Source of the DNA: Hypanus sabinus
Taxonomy: Eukaryota
Direction of reading: 5' to 3'
Length of the DNA stretch: 64,000 bases
NCBI RefSeq assembly: GCF_030144855.1
Contig: NC_082720.1
Location: 22,816,001 to 22,880,000 of the forward strand
The notes under the pieces are model-generated. The model saw only the letters and a list, made by a program, of their open reading frames with translations, had not been told where the DNA came from and did not search any database. Positions 52,977-63,805 of this stretch are shown piece by piece. A program made the position numbers and the translations under genes. Each line of letters opens with the position of its first letter. Within the stretch, counting starts at the first letter, position 1.

Positions 52977-53181
52977 TTCTATAAACAACAAATGGGACAA
53001 TGAGGAATATTATTGGAAAAGCCACAGGCAATCACAAAGAACATTCTTGCTGGTTTGTTACATGACGTGGAACTCTGTCACTCTGAGTAAGGTTAATCTC
53101 AGGATCAATAACAAAAGCATTTGCACCACTCAAGTCATGGGAAACATTACTGGAATCAACATGTCATTGCAAATGAAATAC
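52977..53181 (-). pseudogene. Disabled stalk/transmembrane-like exon
   Basis: ttttaattatcag|...|gtgaga, 205 nt. One frame reads VFHLQ*HVDSSNVSHDLSGANAFVIDPEINLTQSDRVPRHVTNQQECSL*LPVAFPIIFLIVPFVVYR. Confidence 0.5.
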
Positions 53182-53467
53182 CTGATAATTAAAATGTGAC
53201 AGAAAATTTAACAAACTTTGGCAGGCAAACATCAACAATTTAGTTTGTGTTTAAAATTTCTCACCTACTGTCATGTAGTGCTTGTTTCATAATCTCTAAT
53301 ACACCTGCCTATGTGCAGTCCACAATAAATGCAAGGCAACCTTTAGAAATCCCAATATGGATACAGTTGTTACTTGATCTGTTAAAGCAATTTGTGCTGG
53401 GAGTAAGTTTTTGCTGAGGGATATATACATATATATCCCTCAGAGATAGCGATGTATATCTCTGAGC

Positions 53468-53543
<76 letters not shown>

Positions 53544-54032
53544 CCAAGCAGAATAGGCCCCATTTATTCCCACTCTTATTCTCCTGCCTATCAGCTAATC
53601 CTCTTTCCATGCTAGTATCTTTCCTGTGATACCATGGGCTCTTACCTTGTTAAGAAGCCTCATGAGTGGCATTCTGAAAATTCAACTGGACACCATTCAC
53701 CGATTCTCCTTTATATCCTGTTCGTTATTTCTTCAAAGGATCCCCACAGATACATGACAATACTTGAGAGATTTTAAACACAAACTAAATTGTTGACATT
53801 TGCCTGCCAAAGTTTGTTAAATTTTCTGTCACATTTCAATTATCAGGTATTTCATTTGCAATGACATGTTGATTCCAGTAATGCTTCCCATGACTTGAGT
53901 GGTGCAAATGCTTTTGTCATTGATCCTGAGATTAACCTTACTCAGAGTGACAGAGTTCCACGTCATGTAACAAACCAGCAAGAACGTTCTTTGTGATTGC
54001 CTGTGGCTTTTCAAATAATATTCCTCATTGTC
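52996..54032. repeat. Inverted duplication: arms 52996-53262 and 53766-54032
   Basis: Arms are near-identical reverse complements; the ORF track shows the same peptide on both strands (52849+ and 53829-). Confidence 0.95.
53471..53540. repeat. (AG)35 microsatellite
   Basis: Direct reading. Confidence 1.
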
Positions 54033-54550
54033 TGCCTCAACGACTATTGCAAAGATGCACTCACATCTACTTTGCCGAAGTACATAGAGAAGATGGTCAA
54101 GGCCTCAACTAACTCCTTTCTAAGCAAGAACCTGGATCTGCTGCAATTTGCCTACTGCCACAATAGGCTACAGTGGATGCAATCTCACCATATCTCCACT
54201 TGGCCTTGGACCACTGGGTCACCAGCAATACCTATGTTGGATTGCTGATTGATAATTACAGCTCAGCATATTCTCAGTGTTAATCACCAAGCTTCAAAAC
54301 CTGGACCTCTATAACTCTCTCTGCAACTGGACCCGTAACTTCCTTGTTGGGAGGCATTAGTAAGTGTGAATTGCAAATACCATTTCCTTATTGACAATCA
54401 GCACCGACACACCAGATGGATGCATGCGTAGCCCACTGCTCTGCTCTCCCTATATCCATGACTGTATGACTAGGCACAGCTTAAAAACCATCTATAAATT
54501 TGCCAGTGACATAACTGTTGTTGACTGAACCTCAGATGGTGATGAGGTGC
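54032..54550 (+). mobile_element. Rex1-type RT fragment
   Basis: CLNDYC..ALTS...LDLLQFAYCHNR; degenerate continuation to the FASD-like motif. Confidence 0.7.
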
Positions 54551-54841
54551 ACATCTTGAAACCCCTGTCTGCCATGAAATTTCTGCCTGGGTGAGACCTT
54601 GCTGATGCAGGATGACCACCTTGTCTCATGCTCACTCTTGTCAAGGTGAAAGGATTGATGAATTGAAAGTTAAAGTGTCTGCCACATCCTCACCTTTCAG
54701 TTTGGTTGTTCTCTACCCATTTTGATTCTTTCTACATGCATTTCTGAGTATGAATGCTTGAAAATCTAATATTTACTATTTTGTACTGTCACACTAATGC
54801 AGATGAAGGAAAATATTTAAGTAGATAAATATATATATATA

Positions 54842-55632
54842 TAAGATTCCATTTAACTGGGTCATATTGGGGCGAGTACCTTTTGGCCCCATTAAGAGGC
54901 TCCTCAAATTAGCCAGAATTTCAAGGAAGTAGCTGAAAGGTCTAAAAAAGACAAATTACTGTTTAACTGAGTCACAATTCATTTATTTTAATGAAATAAG
55001 TAACATGCTAGAATGCTACTAATACCTCTACAGTCGCATAAGTACAGTACAGTACCATCAACAGGGAACTCATCTGGCATATACTTTTAATTGACTGTAA
55101 ACAAACAATATCAGTGCAGATGCCTAGTGCACATTAATGACTGTCAACCAGCAATGCCTTCATTGAATGCATTCTCCAAATCTTCAATATCATTATGAGA
55201 TTCCAGACTTGTAGATATCTTTGTAATTCTCAACTTGCTGAAGAAGGGATATTGCTCCATTTTCACTACCAACCGTTTCTGGCATCTCCAACCCTGAATA
55301 ATTGAAACTGTGATGAACAGAACAGTTCTGAACTGTCTTACTGCTTATTTCTCACCAATTATCAATGACAAAAGTAACTGCTGTTTGAACGCAAGCACAA
55401 GCAAGTGATGGTATTAAAAAGTGATCACTCCCAGCATGGAGTAGTGTCTAACAGATACCTAAATATATATGTCTAAACCTAGTTAGAAACTGTTCGGCAA
55501 CAATCTCCTACCTCAATTACGTGTAATAGTGTCCCAAATAAATGAAGGAATCCCAGCCATCTTCTCAATTTAGGTTTTGTTCTTTAAGATCTGTCCCAAA
55601 TAAACAGCTTCCCCAATTAACTGAATCCACTG
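54842..55632. mobile_element. Degenerate pogo/Tigger-like MITE, same family as 3984-4615
   Basis: Ends caattaactgaatccactg; internal blocks match 3984-4615. Confidence 0.65.
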
Positions 55633-56799
55633 TTTAAGAATCTCTCCATGTTACTTAAAATTTTGTGTTTGTCACATGACAATCTCAAATGTGTTGCACC
55701 AGAAAAGATTCACCCACACCTGAATATTCAGCTGCTGTGTGAACACACAGGGAACATTCTGATGCTCAGTGTTCCAGATCCAGTTTCCAGACAATCAGAG
55801 TAAATGGCTGAATGCCTGGTGATGCAAAGGGCAGTTCAGATATATTCTGACCAAATGGACCACTGATGTGTTCAAACAATGACTGTATCACCAACTCTCA
55901 AAATATATTGAATACTCACTCCACTGAAGAATGAGGGAAGGTTGTTATGAATTGGTATCTGTGACTCCAGTTATTCACTATTCTCTCTCTATGGTAAGTA
56001 TGACATTTCATTGTTCAGAAACCAAAACTCTCTACTACCTTCCCTGTGCAGTCTTGCCAAGACTATGGATTAAGAGTCATACTGTAGTTATACAATGTGC
56101 AAAGATTCTAATAATAAATGCTGACTTATTATTTGCACATGCACAATGGCCTGAAGAAATGTGTGTATCATCACAACTTGGTGCTAAAGTTCTGGAGCAC
56201 ACAATCACTTAGCATTTAATAAAAACTCAACTTTTACATTATTGGCACTAAATTTGATGATCTCCCATTTTCCTTCATTGTGTTCCATCTGCCAAGTTCT
56301 TGTCATCTCATTGAGCTTGTTCATAAAACCTTGTGGACACATTTCCACAAGGTGATGAAATCAGGATTATCATCACCACGTCGCTGTCTGTGGAAGCAAT
56401 GTCTGCTCAGTGTGAAAGGCACTTTATAAAGTGCAGATCTTGCCTTCACTTTAACTGCAAACATTTCCAGCCTGTCCTTATGCAAATATCTTCACCTAAT
56501 CTTTAGGTTCTAAACATAAACATTTCAATTAAAATGTATTTCAATGCATATTTTTAAAATTTTTATCACCAACAGTGCAGTTTATCCAACAAAATGGCAT
56601 TAATGTCAGAGCTGTAAATAAGCAACATCATTTCCATGGTGTATAATAAAGCATTTACTTGTGGTTAACAGAACTGTTGTACTAGTCATGCAATTTTTTT
56701 TCACTTACTTCAAGCTTATACAACTCTTAGAAAAAAGTTAGAGTCAACAGGTGGATATTGAGCATTTAGACTGTTGGAGGATCTTTAAGTTGCCACTGC

Positions 56800-58860
56800 T
56801 AGACATGATTAGAACACATTGGGTTGGGGTTAATTCACTAATGTGCATTGGTTAACAGAGGAAACAGAGACGGAATAGACAGGGGTTGGGAAGTTGCAAG
56901 TGGTTGGGCTCCATAGTCATAGAGTTGGACTCTTCTTTTCATAACATATATCAATGACTTCGCTCGAACAAAATTTCCAAGATTTAAGGATAGATAATTA
57001 ACTGTGTGAGATTTACAGAGAAAGCAAGGAGAAATCACCACAAAAGGGAGTGCTGGCTAAATAGACAAGGACATGATGACTGGAATATAACGTAATGAAT
57101 GTAACATAATCCACTTCAGTAGGAACATTAGAAAAACAGATTTTGATTAAATGTTAAGTGAACGGACATTCAAAGGATCGGGGTGTCTGTGTACATAGTC
57201 ACTGAAAGCTAAGTAAAGCAATAAGAAAATAACCTAAGAAAAAGCTTGTTCAGAATAACTAAATGTTCATACATTGATTCCAGGTGTAACAAACTGGTTA
57301 AGAATTTTTACTGATATGCTGTAGGTATTTCATTTTAGCAGTTCCATAAGAGCAGTCTGTTCTGCTTTCAGCCTGTCTGGGTTTGAGCTGAGATAACAGG
57401 CTTTGTCATTCAACTTAGGAATATGGTGTCAGCCAATCAGGATGGTAGAATTGGGAGAAGGTTCTGGAGAACATTGGGCAGAGAGGTCTTTGTTGATGGG
57501 AGCAGGGAGAAGACAGAAGGGAAGATAGCTGAGGATGCCATCCCTGTTGCACAAGGTGCTTTGTGCAGATGAATGGCTTCAAGAAAGAAGACCAATACTC
57601 GCACAGGGGAGCCCGTTTCAATGGATTTTGACCTTCATTCAGAAGGTGCAGAGTGTGCATCAAAAGCAACATCATTTGGAAGATATGAGCACCACTGTGC
57701 ACGTGACTTTTTAAGCATAATGGGTCCTTTTGTTTTTTTTTCCCTTTAATAACTGTTTGCTTAAGTTAACATTCTTAAATGTACTTCTTTATAAACATAT
57801 GCAGTGTATGATCTCTTATTTCTTACCAGGGAAAAGTAAATCACCCAGCATTCACACAAACTGGGGTTTGGGTGGTTGAGACATTCCAACCTCAGGAATT
57901 TGGCAAGTCCAAAGTCGTATACGCCCTAGATGTACAAAGCCCAAGAAAGGTGAGTTTCTTGCTGTGGAGTTCAGTGGCTCAATAGTGAGGGGCTCACGAG
58001 CCACATTTCCAGAGACACCCATCAAAATGGTGTTTCCTAGGCAAACAGATATTGTTCTTTACACAGATGTTGAGCACAAGGCAGAGCTTAGAAGAATGAT
58101 AGGGGAGCTCATTGAAATGTATACAATTCTGAGAGGGTTTGAAAGGGTAGCTGTAAGAGATGTCTTGCCTGTCAAGAAATGGGAATCATCATCTCAAAAT
58201 AAGGTTCATCATTCAGGACTGAGATGGAATGAAATTCATGAGGCAACAAATGATACATCTGGTGATCTACCAACAGTGTAAAGCCAAGTGGGACTGGGAG
58301 CACAGAGGAGGATGTGAAGAGGCAGCAAGTTTATACAGTCAAGTTCAGTGAGTGGGCAGGGAAATGACAAACGGAATACAATGTGGGCAATTTTGACCTC
58401 TCAGCTAAGAAAGAATTACTTGCCATAGGCAGAGTGCAAAGAATATTCAGGGTTGGCAAGGTTTCTATATGATGAGATACTGAGTAGACTGGGACTATAC
58501 TCTCTTCAACTTCAACAAAACGTACTAAATCCTTCAAGGACTTGTCAGAACAAAATGTAAGTAAGGTGTTTTTCCTGAATGATGAATCTTGAAATTGAGA
58601 TAGGCAGTAGGACATACATGAGAAGATCTTTCTGTGGTGGTGAAGCTTTAGGCTGCAGATGCACATTCTCCGTTTTTGTTCAAAACACAGACTGATAGAT
58701 ATATGCACATGGAGTCAAGAGATACAGGACAGTGGTGGCAAATGGTGCTGAGGTAGAAAGAAGCTCAATCCCATTCCTAATCAATGTTGGAACAGTCCGA
58801 AAGCCCAATGGCCAACTCCTGCTTCTATTCGTTATGCTCCTATGACTGCAGCATTAACAC
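56800..58860 (+). mobile_element. Cluster of old CR1 fragments interrupted by an LTR-like segment (about 57415-57960)
   Basis: CR1-like blocks at about 56.8-57.2, 58.0-58.3 and 58.4-58.86 kb; the intervening G-rich segment has LTR-like character. Confidence 0.5.
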
Positions 58861-59059
58861 TGTTACTGACACCCTAAGCTCATTGTTTTGTGTTGTATAT
58901 ATGATGCAACACACAAAACATTCCTCTCCACAGAATCTCAGACAACGCACTCTTTGTCCATATCACATTTTACTGTCCTGCCGTTGTCATCCTGCACATT
59001 ATCCATTCTACTGGATATACAACAGAGTGAACAATAAATCAGTTTTCATTGTGTTATTT

Positions 59060-59376
59060 CTTATGTTCTCAGGGGCAGAAGAGGGCCGTTCAGCCCATCG
59101 AGAACATCATCTGCCCATGATTCCCATCGGAAATATCCCCACAACTCTCCCAGGAAACTTTCCCCCTCAGCTCCCCGCCATTGTCCTGCCGTTCATCTAA
59201 TGGCCGTTTACGGTGATCGATTAACACACCAACCTGTTCTTGCGACGTTCGAGCGTCCGGATGAACCAAGGGAAAACAAGATTCCCACACACTGAGCACA
59301 GGAGTTTGGGATCGAACCTGTATCTCAGGAGATGTGGGGCAATTATACTCGCAGCTACACCGCTAAGCCGCCATTT
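59060..59376 (-). mobile_element. HE1-type tRNA-derived SINE in the intron after the IgV exon
   Basis: A-box-like tggcggcttagcgg, B-box ggttcgatcc, and CR1-like tail gatgggctgaacggccctcttctg. Confidence 0.75.
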
Positions 59377-59410
59377 CTGACACAGGACCATGTAACATTG
59401 AGCTGCTTAC

Positions 59411-59758
59411 CGTCCGAAACCCGGAGATTCAAATTCGTTTTCAGATCATTAAACAGTCCCGGAATCCTCACACGGCAGCAATACCAGCCGCTATCTTCTC
59501 TCCGTAGATCATCTATAGTGAGCGACACGTCTCCTGCCGCAATTCTACCACCAAGACTGTATCTCTGAGATGTTACAGAAGTTTCATTATCCCCAATTTT
59601 GCTAATCAGTTCATCTCCACAGCCGCGAGAAGGACACTCTCCCCGGCCCCAGCACATCTCACTTTTTCCATATTTTCCGACAGAATAGCGGCACGGCAGT
59701 GTGATCGACTGTCCCGTGACTCCTCGCACTTCTGTTCCAGAGACGAAGGCGACTCGAC
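59411..59758 (-). CDS. TIM-family (HAVCR1/HAVCR2/TIMD4-like) IgV exon, intact
   Basis: gattgtttcag|...|gtaagc, 348 nt, phase 1->1. GRVAFVSGTEVRGVTGQSITLPCRYSVGKYGKSEMCWGRGECPSRGCGDELISKIGDNETSVTSQRYSLGGRIAAGDVSLTIDDLRREDSGWYCCRVRIPGLFNDLKTNLNLRVSD has the six-Cys TIM pattern (CWG-G-CP--GC, YCCRV) and the FND motif. Confidence 0.97.
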
Positions 59759-60246
59759 CTGAAACAATCCAGGGAAAGAAAGTTACAGATGGCGCTGAAT
59801 GAGAGTGGGAGAGTCCACCGTTTGAAAACCTGTCCTAGCAACGGGAATGTGATCCATTTTACCTGTTGGCGGCATATGAGGAATATTACGGAAAATCCCA
59901 AAACTGCTCGGAGGGAATCGAACTAACATCTTTGATCACAGATCCAGCCTCTGGTTCATTCACCCACTCACATACTACTCTGCTACCAAACCTTCAACGC
60001 AATGATCAAAGGAAATTCGGTGCTTTGATCTTGTTCCACGGTCTATTCAGATGAACACTGGTCGGTCCTCCAAGTTCACTCGCCCCGTCAGCTCACCTCC
60101 CACCCAATCTTCAACAACCGGCAGCGCCGGGCATCACTCAGGGTCTCGGCTGTGCCCCTCCCGGGTCCCTCATTCACCCACTAGCTCCACATATTGTAAC
60201 AAGAAGTTTGAACAAGGTAATTCGATTCCTGCTTTCCGAAACGTAC

Positions 60247-60280
60247 CGAACAGAAGAAACACTATTGTCAAATGAGCCAC
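60247..60280 (-). CDS. Leader (signal peptide) exon of the TIM gene, starting at GTG
   Basis: ggctccGTGGCTCATTTGACAATAGTGTTTCTTCTGTTCG|gtacgt, phase 1. Joined to the IgV exon it gives (M)AHLTIVFLLFGRVAFVSG-TEVRG. No in-frame ATG before the upstream TGA. Confidence 0.65.
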
Positions 60281-61149
60281 GGAGCCAGTAAGAGCCACCG
60301 CGCCGGACACTGTGGCGGCCGCTCTCCGTGTCGCTGCACCAGATGCAAGTGACTGCGAGTTAAACTGTTGCTTCCGGCTTGTCGTGGACAAGAGTTCCTT
60401 CCACAGGAACACGGGTGTTGTTCACTGACACCCCGGAGAAATGAGGCAAATGTTATTAAACACTCGGCTCCTCCCTGGTGTTACCATCGAAGTCTAAACG
60501 CGCACGGATTTCCTTCAATTTCTTTCAATTCGCGGTTTAGGGATATGCGACGCTACATTAACAGAAGTTCGTGTCTGAAATGTGCATCAGTAACACGAAT
60601 GGACAAGTTACAAGGGCCCAACTGGCTGCTTGAACTGCTGGGTCGCTGGTCTGGTTGAGTCCGATCACAAACAAGGGATAAGTGAGTGGAGTTATCCCCT
60701 CTGGTTCGAGAATCTGTGGTTCTGAGGTAATAACTGTTCCTGAACCTGATGGCGTGGATCTCAAAGCCCCTGTGGCTTCCTCCTGATGGCAGCACACTTG
60801 CGATCTGATACTTCTTGCACTTCAAAACTGAACATGTGCAACCAACAAAGCTCATTAAAACAAACATTTATTTCAAAGTTTAATTACAAAACTGGATAAA
60901 TCACCTCAAAAGGCCACTCTGCCTTTCTTCAATGTGTCTTTTCAGACTTCTTAACTACATTTACAACATCATAATCTAAACCCTACATCACTACAAAGTC
61001 CATTCCAGGGAACAATAATTCCCATTGGTCACTTGTCCAAACAAGCTCCATACAGAACTGCTCCTGTATAGAGTGAGACACAATAGCGTGGAAACTGTTC
61101 CTTCACCACAACTTGTCTATGCTGACTGTGTTGTCCAGTGAGCCCATCC

Positions 61150-62790
61150 ACAGAGGCTTGTTCCATAGTCTTCTAAACCATTCCGATCCATGTACTTATC
61201 GAGATGATTTTGAAATGTTGTTAAATGTACCCACCCTAACCAATATTCCTGGCAGCTCATTCCAAATGCACACTGCCCTTTAAGGGAAGAAGCTTGCCCA
61301 AATTTTCTTTGTTAAACTTGTAGTCTCTGATCTTAAACATACGCCCTCTTGTTATTAGCACCCTTCCCTAGGAAAAAGACTGAGTGTAAATGACCTGGAT
61401 GATGACGCAGAGGGTTGGGTAAGTAAATTTGCTGATGACACAAAGGTCAGGGTGTTGCGGATAGTGTGGAGGGCCGTTAGAGGTTACAACGGGACATTGA
61501 TAGGATGCAAAACTGGGCTGAGAAGTGGCAGATGGAGTCCAACCCAGATAAATGTGAGGTTGTTCATTTTGGTAGGTCAAATATGATGGCAGAATATAGT
61601 ATTAATGGAAGACTCGTGGAAGTATGGAGGATCAGAGGGATATTGGTTTCCACAGGACACTCAAAGCTGCCATGCAGGTTGACTCTATGGTTCAGAAGGC
61701 ATACGCTGCATTGGCCTTCATCAATCGTGGGATTAAGTTTAGGAGCTGAGAGGTCATGTTGCAGCTAATTAGGACCCTGGTCAGACCCCACTTGGAGTAC
61801 TGTGCTCAGTTCGGGTCACCTCACTACAGGAAGGATGTGGAAACCATAGAAAAGGTGCAGAGGAGAATTATAAGGATGGTGCCTGGATTAGGGAACATGC
61901 CTTATGAGAATAGGTTGATTGAACTTGTTCTTTACTCCTTGGAGCGATGAAGAATGAGATGTGACCTGATAGGGGTGTATAAAATGATGAGAGGCATCGA
62001 TAGTGTGGATAGTCAAAGGCTTTTTCCTGGGGCTGAAATGGCTGGCATGAGAAGGCACAGTTTTAAAGTGCTTGGAAGTAGGTACAGAGCAGATGTCAGG
62101 GGTAAGTTGTTCACGCAGAGTGTGGTGAGTGCATGGAATGGGCTGCCGGTGACAGTGGTGGAGGCTGATATGATAGGGTCCTTTAAGAACTCCTGGAAAG
62201 GTACATGGAACTTAGAAAAATAAAGGGTTGTGGGTAACCCTAGGTAATTTCCAAGGTAAGAACATGTTCAGCACAGATTTGTGGGCTGAAGGGCCTGTAT
62301 TGTGCTGTATGTTTTCTATGTTTCCACGTTTCTACAATGTGAAAACATTTAAAACTTATCCATTCTGGTGCAATTAACAGAAAAATGAATTAGTTATTAA
62401 ATGGAGAGTGCTTAGGTAATGTTAAAGTTTATAGAGACCAAGGTCCGACGTAGGTGCAAATAGTAGATTATCATTGACAAGAGAATTTGAATATAGCAAT
62501 GAGCAAGTCTTGTTGTACTTGTAAAATGGCTTGGCAAACGCACCCAAGAGTATATTGGACATTTTTGGCCTCTTAACTATGAAAGGATGTACTTGCCACA
62601 GTCACAGTGCAATAATGATTCAGGATTGGTAGGGTTTCTAAATGAGAAGATATTGAGTAGACTGGGATTTTACTTTCTTCAGCTTCAGCAAAACATACAA
62701 AATCCTTCAAGAACTTGGCAGAGAAAATGTAAGAAGGGTGTTTTCGCTGCCTGAGAAATCTCAAACTCAAGACAGGCCAGACTGAACTTA
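61150..62790. mobile_element. CR1 fragments: minus 61150-61365; plus 61375-62335 (RT C-terminus to tail); plus 62390-62790
   Basis: QNWAEKWQMESNPDKCEV, LVRPHLEYCAQF, and a ctatgttt tail. Confidence 0.85.
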
Positions 62791-62798
62791 CATGAGAA

Positions 62799-63529
62799 AC
62801 AAGAGAAAATCTGCTGACACTGGAAATTCAAACAGTGCACACAAAATGCTGGAGGTACTCAGCAGGCCAGGCAGCATCTATGGAAAAAAGTACAGTCGAT
62901 GGCTTGGAGCAATACCTTTCATCAGAACTGTACGTACCATACGACCATTAGATGTAGGTGCAGAATTAGGCCATTCAGCCCATTGAGTCTACTTTACTAT
63001 TCTATCATGGCTGATCCCGGTTACCACTCAATTCTATACACCTGCCTGCTCGCCGTATACTTTGATGCCCTGACTGATGAGGAAACAATCAACTTCCACC
63101 TTAAACTTACACACAGACTTGGCCTCCACTGCAGTTTGTGGCAGAGCATTCCACAGATTTACTGCTCTATGGCTAAAAAAAAATTCTCCTTACCTCTGTT
63201 CTAAAGGGTATCCCCTCAATCGTGCGGCTGCATCCTATAGTTCTGGACACCCCCACCATAGGAAACAGCAGCTCCACATCCACCCTATCTAGTCCTTTCA
63301 ACATTCTGTAGGTTTTGATGATATCTTCCGACATTTTTCTAAATTCCAGTGCGTACAGGCCCAAAGCTGCCAAAAGCTCCTCACATGTTTACCCCTTGAA
63401 TCCTGTAATCATCCCGATGAACCTTCTCTGGAATCTCTTGAATGAAAACACATCCTTTCTGAGATATGGGGCCCAAAACTGTAGACAATACTCTATGCGC
63501 GGCCCGATTAGTGTCTTATAAGGACCCAG
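62799..63529 (-). mobile_element. Composite insertion: CR1 3' fragment fused to a Penelope terminal repeat, flanked by CATGAGAA direct repeats
   Basis: CATGAGAA at 62791-62798 and 63530-63537; the paralogous empty site catgagaagatc is at about 58618. Confidence 0.7.
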
Positions 63530-63805
63530 CATGAGAAGATCTTTCTGTGGTGGTGAAGCTTTAGGCTGTAGATGCCCATTCTTTGTATTTGTACAAAACA
63601 CAGATTGATAGATGTCTGGACATGGAGTCAAGAGATACAGGGCAGTGGTGGAAATGGCGCTGAGGTAGATGATCAACCACATTCCGAATCTGACAGGAGT
63701 TTGGGATCGAACCTGCATCTCAGGAGATGTGGGGCAATTATACTCGCAGCTACACCGCTAAGCCGCCATTTCTGACACAGAACCATGTAACATTGAGCTG
63801 CTTAC

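Larger units (their letters stand above)
59080..60560. promoter_or_regulatory. CpG-rich island and probable promoter of the TIM gene, with an ETS-like CCGGAAG at 60371-60377 (minus)
   Basis: CpG density is visibly far above the flanks; spans the leader and IgV exons. Confidence 0.6.

Noticed and set aside
53309-53573. ORFs with SLSLSL runs
   Set aside because: Translations of the (AG)n microsatellite.
55920-56081. 162-nt segment with good minus-strand acceptor and donor
   Set aside because: Two or more stops in every frame and no TIM-like composition.
56709-56800. Possible first stalk exon (AVAT*RSSNSLNAQ...|gtaagt)
   Set aside because: Three stops; evidence too weak to call.
59330-59376. 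tRNA-like A and B boxes
   Set aside because: No cloverleaf; continues into a SINE body and CR1-type tail, so it is a SINE head.
59864-59929. ATG-initiated ORF with a phase-1 donor (MLVRFPPSSFGIFRNIPHMPPT|gtaaaa) as the TIM leader
   Set aside because: Not hydrophobic and not signal-like; the 60247-60280 exon fits far better. It cannot be excluded as a minor alternative exon.
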